DNA of 64,000 nt, taken from the IMG/VR virus record IMGVR_UViG_3300009162_000001. One strand, 5' to 3'. Under the pieces are notes generated by a model. It saw nothing but the letters and a program-made list of their open reading frames with translations. It was not told the DNA's origin and did not search any database. This DNA comes from a virus. Below are positions 15,931 to 23,513 of this stretch, one piece after another. Each line of letters starts with the position of its first letter. Position 1 is the first letter of the stretch. A program made the translations under genes and the position numbers.

Positions 15931-16002
15931 GGTGACTGAAGAGGATCGAACTCTCGTATCTGGGACCACAACCCAGCGCTCTACCATTGAGCTACAATCA
16001 CC
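15931..16002 (-). tRNA. tRNA-His (GTG)
   Basis: Encoded G-1 opposite C73. Acceptor GTGATTG/CAGTCAC, anticodon loop TT-GTG-GT, T-arm GAGAG-TTCGATC-CTCTT. Confidence 0.88.
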
Positions 16003-16003
16003 G

Positions 16004-16074
16004 TACGCCGTGAAGGTATCGAACCTTCGTCCCCCGGGTAAAAGCCGGGTGCTAAGCCACTCAGCTAACGGCGC
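16004..16074 (-). tRNA. tRNA-Lys (TTT)
   Basis: Acceptor GCGCCGT/ACGGCGT, anticodon loop CT-TTT-AC, T-arm GAAGG-TTCGATA-CCTTC. 1 nt from tRNA-His. Confidence 0.88.
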
Positions 16075-16079
16075 TTAAG

Positions 16080-16164
16080 GAGGCGCAGGTCTGACTCTCG
16101 CTTGGATAGTAAGCTGTCATGATCAGCCTTCGAAGCCATGTTCACAAAACTTCGTTAACGCCTC
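16080..16164 (-). ncRNA. structured spacer with closing stem (non-tRNA)
   Basis: About 85 nt bounded by GAGGCG/CGCCTC. No cloverleaf found. Confidence 0.25.
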
Positions 16165-16167
16165 ACG

Positions 16168-16248
16168 CGGAAGGTGAGGGACTCGAACCCCCAACCGTTG
16201 CCGGCTCTGGTTTTCAAAACCAGTTCCCACGCCAATGGGAGACCTTCC
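16168..16248 (-). tRNA. tRNA-Ser (TGA)
   Basis: Acceptor GGAAGGT/ACCTTCC, anticodon loop TT-TGA-AA, long variable arm, T-arm GGGGG-TTCGAGT-CCCTC. Confidence 0.85.
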
Positions 16249-16250
16249 GT

Positions 16251-16324
16251 GTAGTGATATTTCGGTGGACGGTATCGCAACCCACACTGTCCGTTTATGC
16301 GACCGGGTAAATCCAGCTCACTAC
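16251..16324 (-). ncRNA. tRNA-sized structured spacer (degenerate tRNA?)
   Basis: 74 nt bounded by GTAGTGA/TCACTAC. T-loop-like GGTTGCGATACC, but no canonical arms. Confidence 0.3.
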
Positions 16325-16333
16325 GACTGGCCG

Positions 16334-16414
16334 TATGCTCGGAGGGACTTGAACCCTCACACCCGTAGGTACCAGATCCTAAGTCTGGCGCGTCTGCCGT
16401 TCCGCCACGAGCAC
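16334..16414 (-). tRNA. tRNA-Leu (TAG)
   Basis: Acceptor GTGCTCG/CGAGCAT, anticodon loop CT-TAG-GA, long variable arm, T-arm GAGGG-TTCAAGT-CCCTC. Confidence 0.85.
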
Positions 16415-16419
16415 GTGTG

Positions 16420-16523
16420 TAAGAGCGCAGGAGTCGACTAAGGTGTAGAAAGGCGATGACACCCGTCATGACCGACCCTTGGCGTAATGCGAGATGGCTA
16501 TAGTTTCCGCTTTAACGCTCTTA
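16420..16523 (-). ncRNA. structured spacer with 8-bp closing stem (non-tRNA)
   Basis: 104 nt bounded by TAAGAGCG/CGCTCTTA, with internal hairpins. Fills the whole gap between tRNA-Leu and tRNA-Ile. Confidence 0.3.
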
Positions 16524-16525
16524 CG

Positions 16526-16600
16526 TGTCCTTCACAGGATTTGAACCTGCAACCTCGGCGTTATCAGCGCCGTGCTCCTACCAGTTCGAGCTCGAAGGAC
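16526..16600 (-). tRNA. tRNA-Ile (GAT)
   Basis: Acceptor GTCCTTC/GAAGGAC, D-arm GCTC-GAACTGGTAG-GAGC, anticodon loop CT-GAT-AA, T-arm GCAGG-TTCAAAT-CCTGT. Confidence 0.88.
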
Positions 16601-16650
16601 TTGGAGCCGGGGTGGGCAGGCATGGCGTCCTGACCAACCCCACCCCGACG

Positions 16651-16723
16651 TATCCCCAGCAGGATTTGAACCTGCGACCTCTTGATTCGTAGTCAAGCGC
16701 GCTATCCACTGCGCCATGAGGAT
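16651..16723 (-). tRNA. tRNA-Arg (ACG)
   Basis: Acceptor ATCCTCA/TGGGGAT, anticodon loop CT-ACG-AA, T-arm GCAGG-TTCAAAT-CCTGC. Confidence 0.88.
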
Positions 16724-16726
16724 ATG

Positions 16727-16824
16727 CTGTGAAGGCAACAACCCGGATGTTCGGCGCTACCGAGTGGTACGGGCTTAAGCCTCCTTGGGAGCTACCCAAG
16801 GATCAGACCTGTGTACCTTCACAG
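16727..16824 (-). ncRNA. structured spacer with 9-bp closing stem (non-tRNA)
   Basis: 98 nt bounded by CTGTGAAGG/CCTTCACAG. Internal 7-bp hairpin CCTTGGG/CCCAAGG. Confidence 0.3.
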
Positions 16825-16861
16825 TGTTAACGTGGAGGATCTGCAGATCCATCACGTCACG

Positions 16862-16932
16862 TAGAGTTATGGGGAATCGAACCCCAACCCGGTGGCTGAG
16901 AACCACCTGTGCTGCCATTGCACCATAACTCC
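16862..16932 (-). tRNA. tRNA-Glu (CTC)
   Basis: Acceptor GGAGTTA/TAACTCT, anticodon loop TT-CTC-AG, T-arm TGGGG-TTCGATT-CCCCA. Confidence 0.85.
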
Positions 16933-16935
16933 ATT

Positions 16936-17091
16936 ATAACGAGTGACAACCAGCCGTGGCGTTAACGGATTGGGGTCCGCAATACCATCTCAGCCCGGTG
17001 TTTCTGCATCGTAAGGCCCCAACCCGACGACCGATACTCCCGTATACCCAAGGCCCCGCGTGGAGCCCGGGTACAGCCACCAACTCGTTAT
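16936..17091 (-). ncRNA. 156-nt structured spacer with 9-bp closing stem
   Basis: Bounded by ATAACGAGT/ACTCGTTAT, GC-rich internal helices, no ORF. Confidence 0.3.
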
Positions 17092-17165
17092 TGGAAGGTC
17101 ATCCTCACGCCACCACGCGTCCTACCCTAAAGTGGGCGGAATCACGTTACCTCCCGAGGTGGCTC

Positions 17166-17243
17166 TGGCGTCCCATGCCGGACTCGAACCGGCGATCTTC
17201 GGATTGACGATCCGACGTCCACTCCATGCTGGACCGATAGGAC
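17166..17243 (-). tRNA. tRNA-Asp (GTC), CCA encoded
   Basis: Acceptor GTCCTAT/ATGGGAC, anticodon loop TC-GTC-AA, T-arm GCCGG-TTCGAGT-CCGGC, then G-CCA. Confidence 0.88.
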
Positions 17244-17247
17244 AACG

Positions 17248-17320
17248 TACGCTGTGAAGGACTTGAACCCTCAACACCCTGGGTGTAGGCCAGGTGCTCT
17301 TCCAGTTGAGCTAACAGCGT
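17248..17320 (-). tRNA. tRNA-Val (TAC)
   Basis: Acceptor ACGCTGT/ACAGCGT, D-arm GCTC-AACTGGAA-GAGC, anticodon loop CC-TAC-AC, T-arm GAGGG-TTCAAGT-CCTTC. Confidence 0.88.
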
Positions 17321-17362
17321 ATGAAACGAATGTAGTTGTCAAGTAACCGTTTCGTAAGGTTT

Positions 17363-17374
17363 ACTTTATCACAC
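17363..17374 (-). promoter_or_regulatory. conserved extended -10 promoter (GTGTGATAAAGT) upstream of the tRNA array
   Basis: Plus strand reads actttatcacac. Followed on the minus strand by the GACAACTACA box (17331-17340) and tRNA-Val. Confidence 0.5.
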
Positions 17375-17494
17375 TTTGTGTGATCGTGCAACTACTTATC
17401 TCAAGATTTTTTCTTCTAACGTAAAGGGCGCAGCATGGGCTACGCCCCTCACTCTCAACCTGTACTGTGCTGTGTATATTGTATCACGTTTATG

Positions 17495-17579
17495 TGCTCC
17501 GAGAGGGAGTCGAACCCTCACGCAAGTTTCCTCGCAGCAGATTTTAAGTCTGCGGTGTCTCCCATTCCACCACCGGAGC
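17495..17579 (-). tRNA. tRNA-Leu (TAA)
   Basis: Acceptor GCTCCGG/TCGGAGC, anticodon loop CT-TAA-AA, long variable arm, T-arm GAGGG-TTCGACT-CCCTC. Confidence 0.85.
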
Positions 17580-17663
17580 TGGACGACGAACTAGATCATA
17601 CTGATAGTAACGAGTGCTCTTACCTTTATTCTTTCCACGATACGATCCCCCGTGAACTTCAGC

Positions 17664-18143
17664 TTAGACCGCAGGCACCGCTGCACGGCAGACGACCTCG
17701 TTACGTCGATCCACACGTGTCTCAGGCAATGCCACACCATTAAGGTAGAACACACAGGTGATGAGCGTGGTCTTACGCGGTCCCGTGACGCGAATCGACG
17801 AGATGATCGACGATCCCTTCGCGGCCTTCAGGATGACCTGATGGTACGGTCGCTGCGACTCACACTCATTCGGCAGATCCTGAGGTGCCGTCTCAGCCGA
17901 CGTGATGTAATCCGCGTAGAACGCACCTGTGTCATCATCGGTCAATGGGTGACCGTCCTTGCCGTCCACGGCATTAATCACCATCGTGATGTCAACCGTG
18001 TCATCGGTGTAGACACAAAGCCACAGTCGACCAACATCGGGACCTCCCGGCGTACCGGGCGGCGGGACGTAGCATCCCGCCACACCGATAGCCGCGAGGA
18101 GCGCGATCACGATGAAGCATGCGATCTTCTTTGCGCTCCTCAT
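17664..18143 (-). CDS. lipoprotein
   Basis: Signal peptide with lipobox: MRSAKKIACFIVIALLAAIGVAGC. Confidence 0.65.
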   Translation of the reverse strand: MRSAKKIACFIVIALLAAIGVAGCYVPPPGTPGGPDVGRLWLCVYTDDTVDITMVINAVDGKDGHPLTDDDTGAFYADYITSAETAPQDLPNECESQRPYHQVILKAAKGSSIISSIRVTGPRKTTLITCVFYLNGVALPETRVDRRNEVVCRAAVPAV

Positions 18144-18147
18144 GAGA

Positions 18148-18600
18148 TCACGCTCCGCTCGTGGTGTACAGGATCACGATGCGACCCGTACCATCGAAGC
18201 GACTGGCCACCTTGATCAGCTTGCCGTTGTCGTAGATGTCGACAGCCAGCAAGTCCTCACCCGGCCATGTCACATTGCCGGATAGACGCACCGGATTGGG
18301 TAGGTCACCCCAGTAGGTGAACGTGCCGCGCCACTCTCGCACCGCACGCGTGATCTTGACCTGTGCTGGCTCATTGGTGATAGGGTGCCGCGCCAGCTCG
18401 CCGGTGACCGCGTCCTTCAACTCCAGCGTTGCGGTGAACGTGACAATGGGATGACCCTTCGGCACACTCACCACGATGTCGATCGTGTTCATCTTCCGCG
18501 CAGGTGTCGTACCTTCGGGCTTCGCACACCCAACTCCTAGAATCACCAGAAGTCCGAGCGCGATCAGCCACTTACCTCGCGTCAATGCGATCACTCCCAT
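18148..18600 (-). CDS. lipoprotein
   Basis: Signal peptide with lipobox LLVILGVGC. The exact start is uncertain: the GGGAGTGATC leader overlaps the annotated N-terminus. Confidence 0.6.
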   Translation of the reverse strand: MGVIALTRGKWLIALGLLVILGVGCAKPEGTTPARKMNTIDIVVSVPKGHPIVTFTATLELKDAVTGELARHPITNEPAQVKITRAVREWRGTFTYWGDLPNPVRLSGNVTWPGEDLLAVDIYDNGKLIKVASRFDGTGRIVILYTTSGA

Positions 18601-18617
18601 CTATAATGTTTAAGCGA

Positions 18618-19037
18618 TCACCACGAGACGGTGAACGCCTTCTTGCCACGGTAGACCTCGAGGAACGCGACGACGTCATCGACATCCGCGATGCTGTACG
18701 AGGTATCGTTGGTGCTCGCAAACGCCTCACGTACCTTGGCGATGAGGTCATCATCAATGACCGGCTCCTTCTCGCCGATCAACTCTGAGATCACACCCAC
18801 TACCGCCGGCACGTAGGTCTCGGTGGCCTCCAGCATCATGGCCTTTAGCCACGAAACCGAACCCACCCAGATCTGTGGAGAGTTGATGATCGCTTGCCAG
18901 TGACGACAGTCGTAGTCTGTGCCGCATGCACGACGATCCATGCTGAAGTACTTACTCGTCAACGTATGAGCGTTGAAACAACGCAAGTCCTCCTCGGTAA
19001 CGCCAACCATCACATGAATGTGCATATCTGCAGACAC
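18618..19037 (-). CDS. hypothetical protein
   Basis: 139-aa ORF, same strand, tight spacing. Confidence 0.55.
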   Translation of the reverse strand: MSADMHIHVMVGVTEEDLRCFNAHTLTSKYFSMDRRACGTDYDCRHWQAIINSPQIWVGSVSWLKAMMLEATETYVPAVVGVISELIGEKEPVIDDDLIAKVREAFASTNDTSYSIADVDDVVAFLEVYRGKKAFTVSW

Positions 19038-19067
19038 ACGTCACTCCCATCACTTCGGTCTTTTTCG

Positions 19068-19141
19068 TTCCGGGGGTGGGATTTGAACCCACGTCCTCCT
19101 GATTATGAGTCAGGTGAGCTACCGAGCTGCTCCACCCCGGG
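19068..19141 (-). tRNA. tRNA-Met (CAT) with C1:A72 mismatch
   Basis: 5' CCCGGGG versus 3' CCCCGGA (position 1:72 is C:A), anticodon loop CT-CAT-AA, T-arm GTGGG-TTCAAAT-CCCAC. Confidence 0.85.
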
Positions 19142-19200
19142 TAGTGGAGCCGGGATCTGTAGATCCCGGACTCCCATCTTAGAGACGCGTTACGATTGTA

Positions 19201-19566
19201 TCACGCCGTGGTCGGCGCGACCTCCGCGTAACCTGGCACGTAAAGGCGCATGACCATGCTGTCGATGCGCGGGTAGATGTAGGCCTTGACGCTGGTCGAT
19301 GAGATGCGCTCGAAGACCTCCACGTCCTCGGTATTCGGGCCGGTCGGCTTGGTGTCGAGCACTATCACCGCGTGACCCTTGGTCGGCAGGATGACACCGG
19401 GGTTGTCCATCACCGGCAGGCTCTGCACCTTGATGACCAGCTCTGGGTCGAGTGTGTCCACCTTGACGTAGAAGACGAGCTTATTGTGCCAGTACATCTC
19501 CCAGATCGCCACGGTGCCGAACACGCCCATGTAGACCATACCCGAGCCGCTTGCGTCCTTCGCCAT
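19201..19566 (-). CDS. hypothetical protein
   Basis: Track ORF begins at a GTG inside the GTGATAGGAGAGATC leader. ATG at 19566 taken as the start. Confidence 0.6.
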   Translation of the reverse strand: MAKDASGSGMVYMGVFGTVAIWEMYWHNKLVFYVKVDTLDPELVIKVQSLPVMDNPGVILPTKGHAVIVLDTKPTGPNTEDVEVFERISSTSVKAYIYPRIDSMVMRLYVPGYAEVAPTTA

Positions 19567-19598
19567 GATCTCTCCTATCACTCGATCACTGTGGTTCC

Positions 19599-19610
19599 AT
19601 TATATCACAT
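19599..19610 (-). promoter_or_regulatory. conserved extended -10 promoter (ATGTGATATAAT)
   Basis: Plus strand reads attatatcacat. Confidence 0.6.
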
Positions 19611-19763
19611 ATTTTTCCGCTGTGGTAGCCTTCCCGTGTAAATGTAGTCGTAGATCTCCAGCACCAGCGCCTCGACGTCGGTCACCGGGTCAGGCCCCGC
19701 GATGATCGGCGGACCCGGCTGGCGTCGACCTGGGTGATCGGGAGCGAGGATAAGAGGCTTCAT
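19605..19763 (-). CDS. hypothetical protein
   Basis: ATG at 19763 forms a TGATG junction with the upstream stop. Confidence 0.45.
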   Translation of the reverse strand: MKPLILAPDHPGRRQPGPPIIAGPDPVTDVEALVLEIYDYIYTGRLPQRKNM

Positions 19764-19966
19764 CACACACGCTCCTCCCAGGCATCCAGCCACATCATCA
19801 TGGTCTCAAGCGTCATCATGCTGAACTCGTCAGCGTGGATGCGCCGCTGCTCACGACCTGCTGGATCGTACTGGGTGATGACGCGACCACCCTCGTAGAT
19901 GTAGGTGGCGTGCGGCCGGATGAAGCGTGTCTTGCGGTCTCGCACTCGTCGATCGGTCCATGACAT
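19763..19966 (-). CDS. hypothetical protein
   Basis: 67-aa ORF. Confidence 0.5.
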   Translation of the reverse strand: MSWTDRRVRDRKTRFIRPHATYIYEGGRVITQYDPAGREQRRIHADEFSMMTLETMMMWLDAWEERV

Positions 19967-20022
19967 GACTTGTCACTCCCATCACTTAGTTATGCGACGG
20001 AAGTAACTTTACCACACACATA

Positions 20023-20154
20023 TCAGACTGTGGTAAATGCCAGCCCGATTGCGAGGAGACAGACGCCACCCCAACCAACGCTATGGGTCTTGAACGACTC
20101 CCAGCCAGCGGCGATCGCGGCTACGATAAAGAAGATCAACGCGATGTTGTTCAT
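20023..20154 (-). CDS. small membrane protein
   Basis: MNNIALIFFIVAAIAAGWESFKTHSVGWGGVCLLAIGLAFTTV, two hydrophobic segments. Start chosen downstream of the upstream stop at 20184. Confidence 0.4.
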   Translation of the reverse strand: MNNIALIFFIVAAIAAGWESFKTHSVGWGGVCLLAIGLAFTTV

Positions 20155-20183
20155 GCGCTGACAGTTTCCACTAATGTTGATCG

Positions 20184-20594
20184 TTAAACGGCAGCCTTCT
20201 TCGGTGGATGACAGACGGGACACGCGTAGCCGCTCGCAAACGGTGTTGGCGAGTTAAGTACGATCGGTCCATTGTGAACGTGACCACATGTAGGACACTG
20301 CACGGCTGTGTAGACACCATGACTGTACTGCGGTTCAGGTTCACCACGTTCTTCCATCAGCTGCCGCACATAGACGATGGCATCCAGCAGCTCGTCATAC
20401 AGGTCCTGAAGCGCATCACGACCGTTGTTGACCTGCAGCAGCGCGCCATACTTTCGTAGACCGAACGCCTTGCGCTCTTGTATGTCCTGGATGACCAGGT
20501 CGTGCATGCTGGGGCCGTCGTTGGGGACCGGAAGTGGCTGTGTGCCGTCGTATTCGTCACTCATGAGCTCAACCTTACCATATGTCACAGACAT
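20184..20594 (-). CDS. MazG-like nucleotide pyrophosphohydrolase (putative)
   Basis: ERKAFGLRKYG...ALQDLYDELLDAIVYVRQL resembles the all-alpha MazG/dNTP-PPase core common in actinophages. C-terminal CxxC..CxxC. Confidence 0.5.
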   Translation of the reverse strand: MSVTYGKVELMSDEYDGTQPLPVPNDGPSMHDLVIQDIQERKAFGLRKYGALLQVNNGRDALQDLYDELLDAIVYVRQLMEERGEPEPQYSHGVYTAVQCPTCGHVHNGPIVLNSPTPFASGYACPVCHPPKKAAV

Positions 20595-20635
20595 GACAAA
20601 ATACTACGTGTAGCGTGTGACATAATGACGTGATA

Positions 20636-20646
20636 TGTGGTAAAAT
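20636..20646 (+). promoter_or_regulatory. extended -10 promoter (TGTGGTAAAAT); a second copy TGTGACATAAT lies at 20616-20626
   Basis: Upstream of the GGATAGGAGTGATCGAA-ATG leader of the 20681 gene. Confidence 0.55.
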
Positions 20647-20680
20647 AGAACTAGAAGCAAAACGGATAGGAGTGATCGAA

Positions 20681-20848
20681 ATGAACGACATACGCGACAA
20701 CCGATGCGAGCTTTGCGGCGAAAAGTTCGTGGTCGACAAGTTCGGTCTCTACGTTGATGAGGTCGGAGAGTTCTGGAACGAGGAGACCGAGGACAGTGTG
20801 CTCGCGCACGCGCAGTGTGGTTACGACGCCGAGCTCGAGATCGCCTAA
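20681..20848 (+). CDS. small Cys-containing protein
   Basis: MNDIRDNRCELCGEKF... A lone plus-strand gene in a minus-strand block, with its own promoter and leader. Confidence 0.55.
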   Translation: MNDIRDNRCELCGEKFVVDKFGLYVDEVGEFWNEETEDSVLAHAQCGYDAELEIA

Positions 20849-20862
20849 ATCAAAACTTCCAA

Positions 20863-20890
20863 GATGGCCCGGCCAGATGGCTGGGCCATC
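20863..20890. terminator. bidirectional intrinsic terminator
   Basis: 12-bp stem GATGGCCCGGCC/GGCTGGGCCATC with 4-nt loop, flanked by A-run and TTTGTGTT, between convergent genes. Confidence 0.7.
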
Positions 20891-20896
20891 TTTGTG

Positions 20897-22432
20897 TTAA
20901 TCAACCATCATGTCAAAGAGCTGGTCCGTCGGCGAGATCTGGTTGATGAGGCTCTCGCCGCCAGCACCTGACCACGCGCCCCATGCCTGCGTCTGTGCCT
21001 CGCGCTTCACCTCGTAGAACGACAAGATGAGCGCCTCAGCACGGTCAGGTGAGAAGCCGAGCCGATCAATGACGTCCTTCTTCGGCTCAATCTTAATCTT
21101 ACCGTACGAGTCCATGATGACATACCGCGGTGTCGTCAGCTCATAGATGACGTCCTCATCAACCTCGCTGAGGTCCCAACCCTCCAGCCGTGACAGCTCA
21201 CGCCCGACCTGCCACCACAGGTAAGCGCGCATGTTGATGAATTTCTTCTCGAAGCCAGACGGCGGTGCGGCTCCGAAGTTGACCGCTACGACCTCAGCCG
21301 CGTGAGTCGTGTCCGGTGACGTGGGGTTGTTCCGCGATGACAACTCCTTCAGTCGACCGGCAAGTCCCCATCCCAGACCGGTGGAGTCCACCTTGACACG
21401 CGTGAGCTTCCACTCGCGAATCTTTTCAGCCAGGATCCCGACACTACGCATCGGATCGTTGTCCAAGAACTCGAACTCACGACCTGCCTTAGTGCCGCAA
21501 CGCTCGCGCAGTACGGTTCGGTCGCCACCGGCACCAACGTCAATACCACCCTCACGTGGCTCACCCTCCGGGTGTTCGAGGTTCTGACAACGTATCGCCA
21601 TGTCATAGGGAATCGTGGAGAACGGGTCACCACCGGATGGGAACTCACCACCACACTTAGACTGGAAGAGGGCCGACTGACTTCCCCACTTTTCACGACG
21701 CTCTTCCACCCAGCGCTTCGAGACGAGGTGCAGCTTCAGCTCGGCCGAGACCTTCTCGTCGGTGTACGCAGGTGTGTGCTGGAACCCGATGTGAATCGTG
21801 TGCCAAGACTCATCCTTCTCACACACGCTCATGAACTCGCCTGGGCCGTCTGGGTTGCCGATCGCCAGCTGGCGACCATACTCGTTCGATGCGAGTGATG
21901 AGGCTTCATCCCATAAGTTCTTAGGGATGCCGTACGCCTCGTCGAGAACGGCTAGCAGGTACTTAGCGTGGAGACCCTGGAAGGCCGCCTCCTGATGGTC
22001 CGGTGGCTTTCTACCTAGGGCGATCAGCTGTCGTCCGATGTACCACTCACGCAGGTTACACTGTCCGACCAGCCCCAGCTTCCGATGGAAGCGGCCGATC
22101 TCGTACCACAGGATCGCGTCGACCTGCTTTGACGTCGGCGCCGTGGTGATGGCACGCGCTTCGCCAGGCGGATGGACATCCAGCCACCAGCACACGATAA
22201 GCGCTGAGATGTATGACTTGCCCGCGGAGTGGCATGACTTCACAGCGGTGTTGGGATTCTCCACCACCGACATCATGATCTCTTTTTGCTTACTCCACAG
22301 CTCGACGCCAGCGCGTTCACTCGCCCACTTCACCGGATCGTTGCGGTAGCGCAACTGAGGTGGGTCGATGACGTCGGCCAGCGCGCTGGTCAGCGAGGGT
22401 AGAGACAGCTGCACCCTACCATCATAACACAA
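20897..22432 (-). CDS. terminase large subunit
   Basis: 511 aa with a Walker-A-like CHSAGKSY and C-terminal nuclease-type acidic motifs. Start ambiguous (TTG 22432 or GTG 22414). Confidence 0.8.
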   Translation of the reverse strand: MCYDGRVQLSLPSLTSALADVIDPPQLRYRNDPVKWASERAGVELWSKQKEIMMSVVENPNTAVKSCHSAGKSYISALIVCWWLDVHPPGEARAITTAPTSKQVDAILWYEIGRFHRKLGLVGQCNLREWYIGRQLIALGRKPPDHQEAAFQGLHAKYLLAVLDEAYGIPKNLWDEASSLASNEYGRQLAIGNPDGPGEFMSVCEKDESWHTIHIGFQHTPAYTDEKVSAELKLHLVSKRWVEERREKWGSQSALFQSKCGGEFPSGGDPFSTIPYDMAIRCQNLEHPEGEPREGGIDVGAGGDRTVLRERCGTKAGREFEFLDNDPMRSVGILAEKIREWKLTRVKVDSTGLGWGLAGRLKELSSRNNPTSPDTTHAAEVVAVNFGAAPPSGFEKKFINMRAYLWWQVGRELSRLEGWDLSEVDEDVIYELTTPRYVIMDSYGKIKIEPKKDVIDRLGFSPDRAEALILSFYEVKREAQTQAWGAWSGAGGESLINQISPTDQLFDMMVD

Positions 22433-22459
22433 TGGTAGGGTGCGGTACTGCTGTGTCGA

Positions 22460-22864
22460 TCAGACGCTTGCAGCCAGCGTCGCCGGGTCGACGACCTCCA
22501 TCTGCGAGCGGAGCACGTTGGTGTAATACTTCCCACCGTCGCCACCCAGCTTGACGATGCGGTAACGCTCGTTGCGATTCTGCGCCATGACGACATACAG
22601 CTCGTCCTTGAAGCGAACGAGCGTGCCGATCACCAGCGGCGGCTCCCAGGTCATCGTCAGCGAACGAACCTCCGCGGCCGCGTTGACTGCGACGTCGTCA
22701 GCTGCTACGAGGAAGTGGCGCGGAGCGCGAAGACCACGTACGCTGCCGGGCACCTCGAGGTCGACGTTCTTGGGGAGGAACTTCTTGATCGTGAAGGTAA
22801 CACCAGCCCACTTACCCGCGACGTCCGCGCGAAGTTTGACCTGATCGCCTACGCTAAAGTCCAT
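22460..22864 (-). CDS. hypothetical protein
   Basis: ATG at 22864 after the GTGATAGGAGAGATC leader. Confidence 0.6.
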   Translation of the reverse strand: MDFSVGDQVKLRADVAGKWAGVTFTIKKFLPKNVDLEVPGSVRGLRAPRHFLVAADDVAVNAAAEVRSLTMTWEPPLVIGTLVRFKDELYVVMAQNRNERYRIVKLGGDGGKYYTNVLRSQMEVVDPATLAASV

Positions 22865-22898
22865 GATCTCTCCTATCACTGTTGTCCCTGTGGTTCAA

Positions 22899-22910
22899 AT
22901 TATATCACAC
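22899..22910 (-). promoter_or_regulatory. conserved extended -10 promoter (GTGTGATATAAT)
   Basis: Plus strand reads attatatcacac. Confidence 0.65.
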
Positions 22911-22911
22911 T

Positions 22912-23334
22912 TTAGTCACGGCATGACTCGATGAAGCCGTCCATGTCAACAAGATTCATCTCGTAACCCTCGGGAACGACGCGGTAGATCTCTTGGAGGA
23001 ATCGCATCACGGGACGGTATGGCGTGCGCAGCCAGACGATGTCGACGCCGTTGTGCATCTCGATAATCAAGATATGATCCTCACGCCAGATCTTGATGTC
23101 ACCGTCGCCAACGCGATGAGTTGCAACTACACCTGACGCGAGAAGATCACGTGCGAACGACCACTCGACGAACGATTCACCGTCGTTGTCTTCATTGACG
23201 CCAATGAAGACGAGGGAGACCGCGAACGGATCGCGTGTGTGGTACATCAGGCGAACGGGTACGTTGATGCCGTGACCACCGTCGTCAGAACGGGCTGTCA
23301 CGTACACGAGACTTTCATATACCTTGTGGTCCAT
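22912..23334 (-). CDS. SsgA/SsgB-like protein (SALP family, actinomycete sporulation-septation)
   Basis: VPVRLMYHTRDPFAVSLVF...VEWSFARDLLASGV...GDGDIKIW...VVPEGYE aligns by eye with the conserved SsgB core (LRYDTADPYAV..VEWVFARDLLAEGL..GDVRVWP..VPPG.E). Confidence 0.75.
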   Translation of the reverse strand: MDHKVYESLVYVTARSDDGGHGINVPVRLMYHTRDPFAVSLVFIGVNEDNDGESFVEWSFARDLLASGVVATHRVGDGDIKIWREDHILIIEMHNGVDIVWLRTPYRPVMRFLQEIYRVVPEGYEMNLVDMDGFIESCRD

Positions 23335-23359
23335 CGATCACTCCTATCACTAGACTACG

Positions 23360-23430
23360 TAGAGTCACGGGGAGTCGAACCCCGGCTACGAGGGTGAAAA
23401 CCTCGAGGTCTGCCGTTAACCTATGACTCC
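23360..23430 (-). tRNA. tRNA-Glu (TTC)
   Basis: Acceptor GGAGTCA/TGACTCT, anticodon loop TT-TTC-AC, T-arm CGGGG-TTCGACT-CCCCG. Confidence 0.85.
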
Positions 23431-23433
23431 GGG

Positions 23434-23495
23434 TGGAGGAGTGATCTCCCCGGGAGTTTCGCCACCCACACCAACTCTCTTAGATCACTCCTCCA
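23434..23495 (-). other. long hairpin (14-bp perfect inverted repeat)
   Basis: TGGAGGAGTGATCT ... AGATCACTCCTCCA separated by 34 nt, between a CDS and tRNA-Glu. Confidence 0.6.
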
Positions 23496-23513
23496 TCGCA
23501 GACTTTATCAGGA

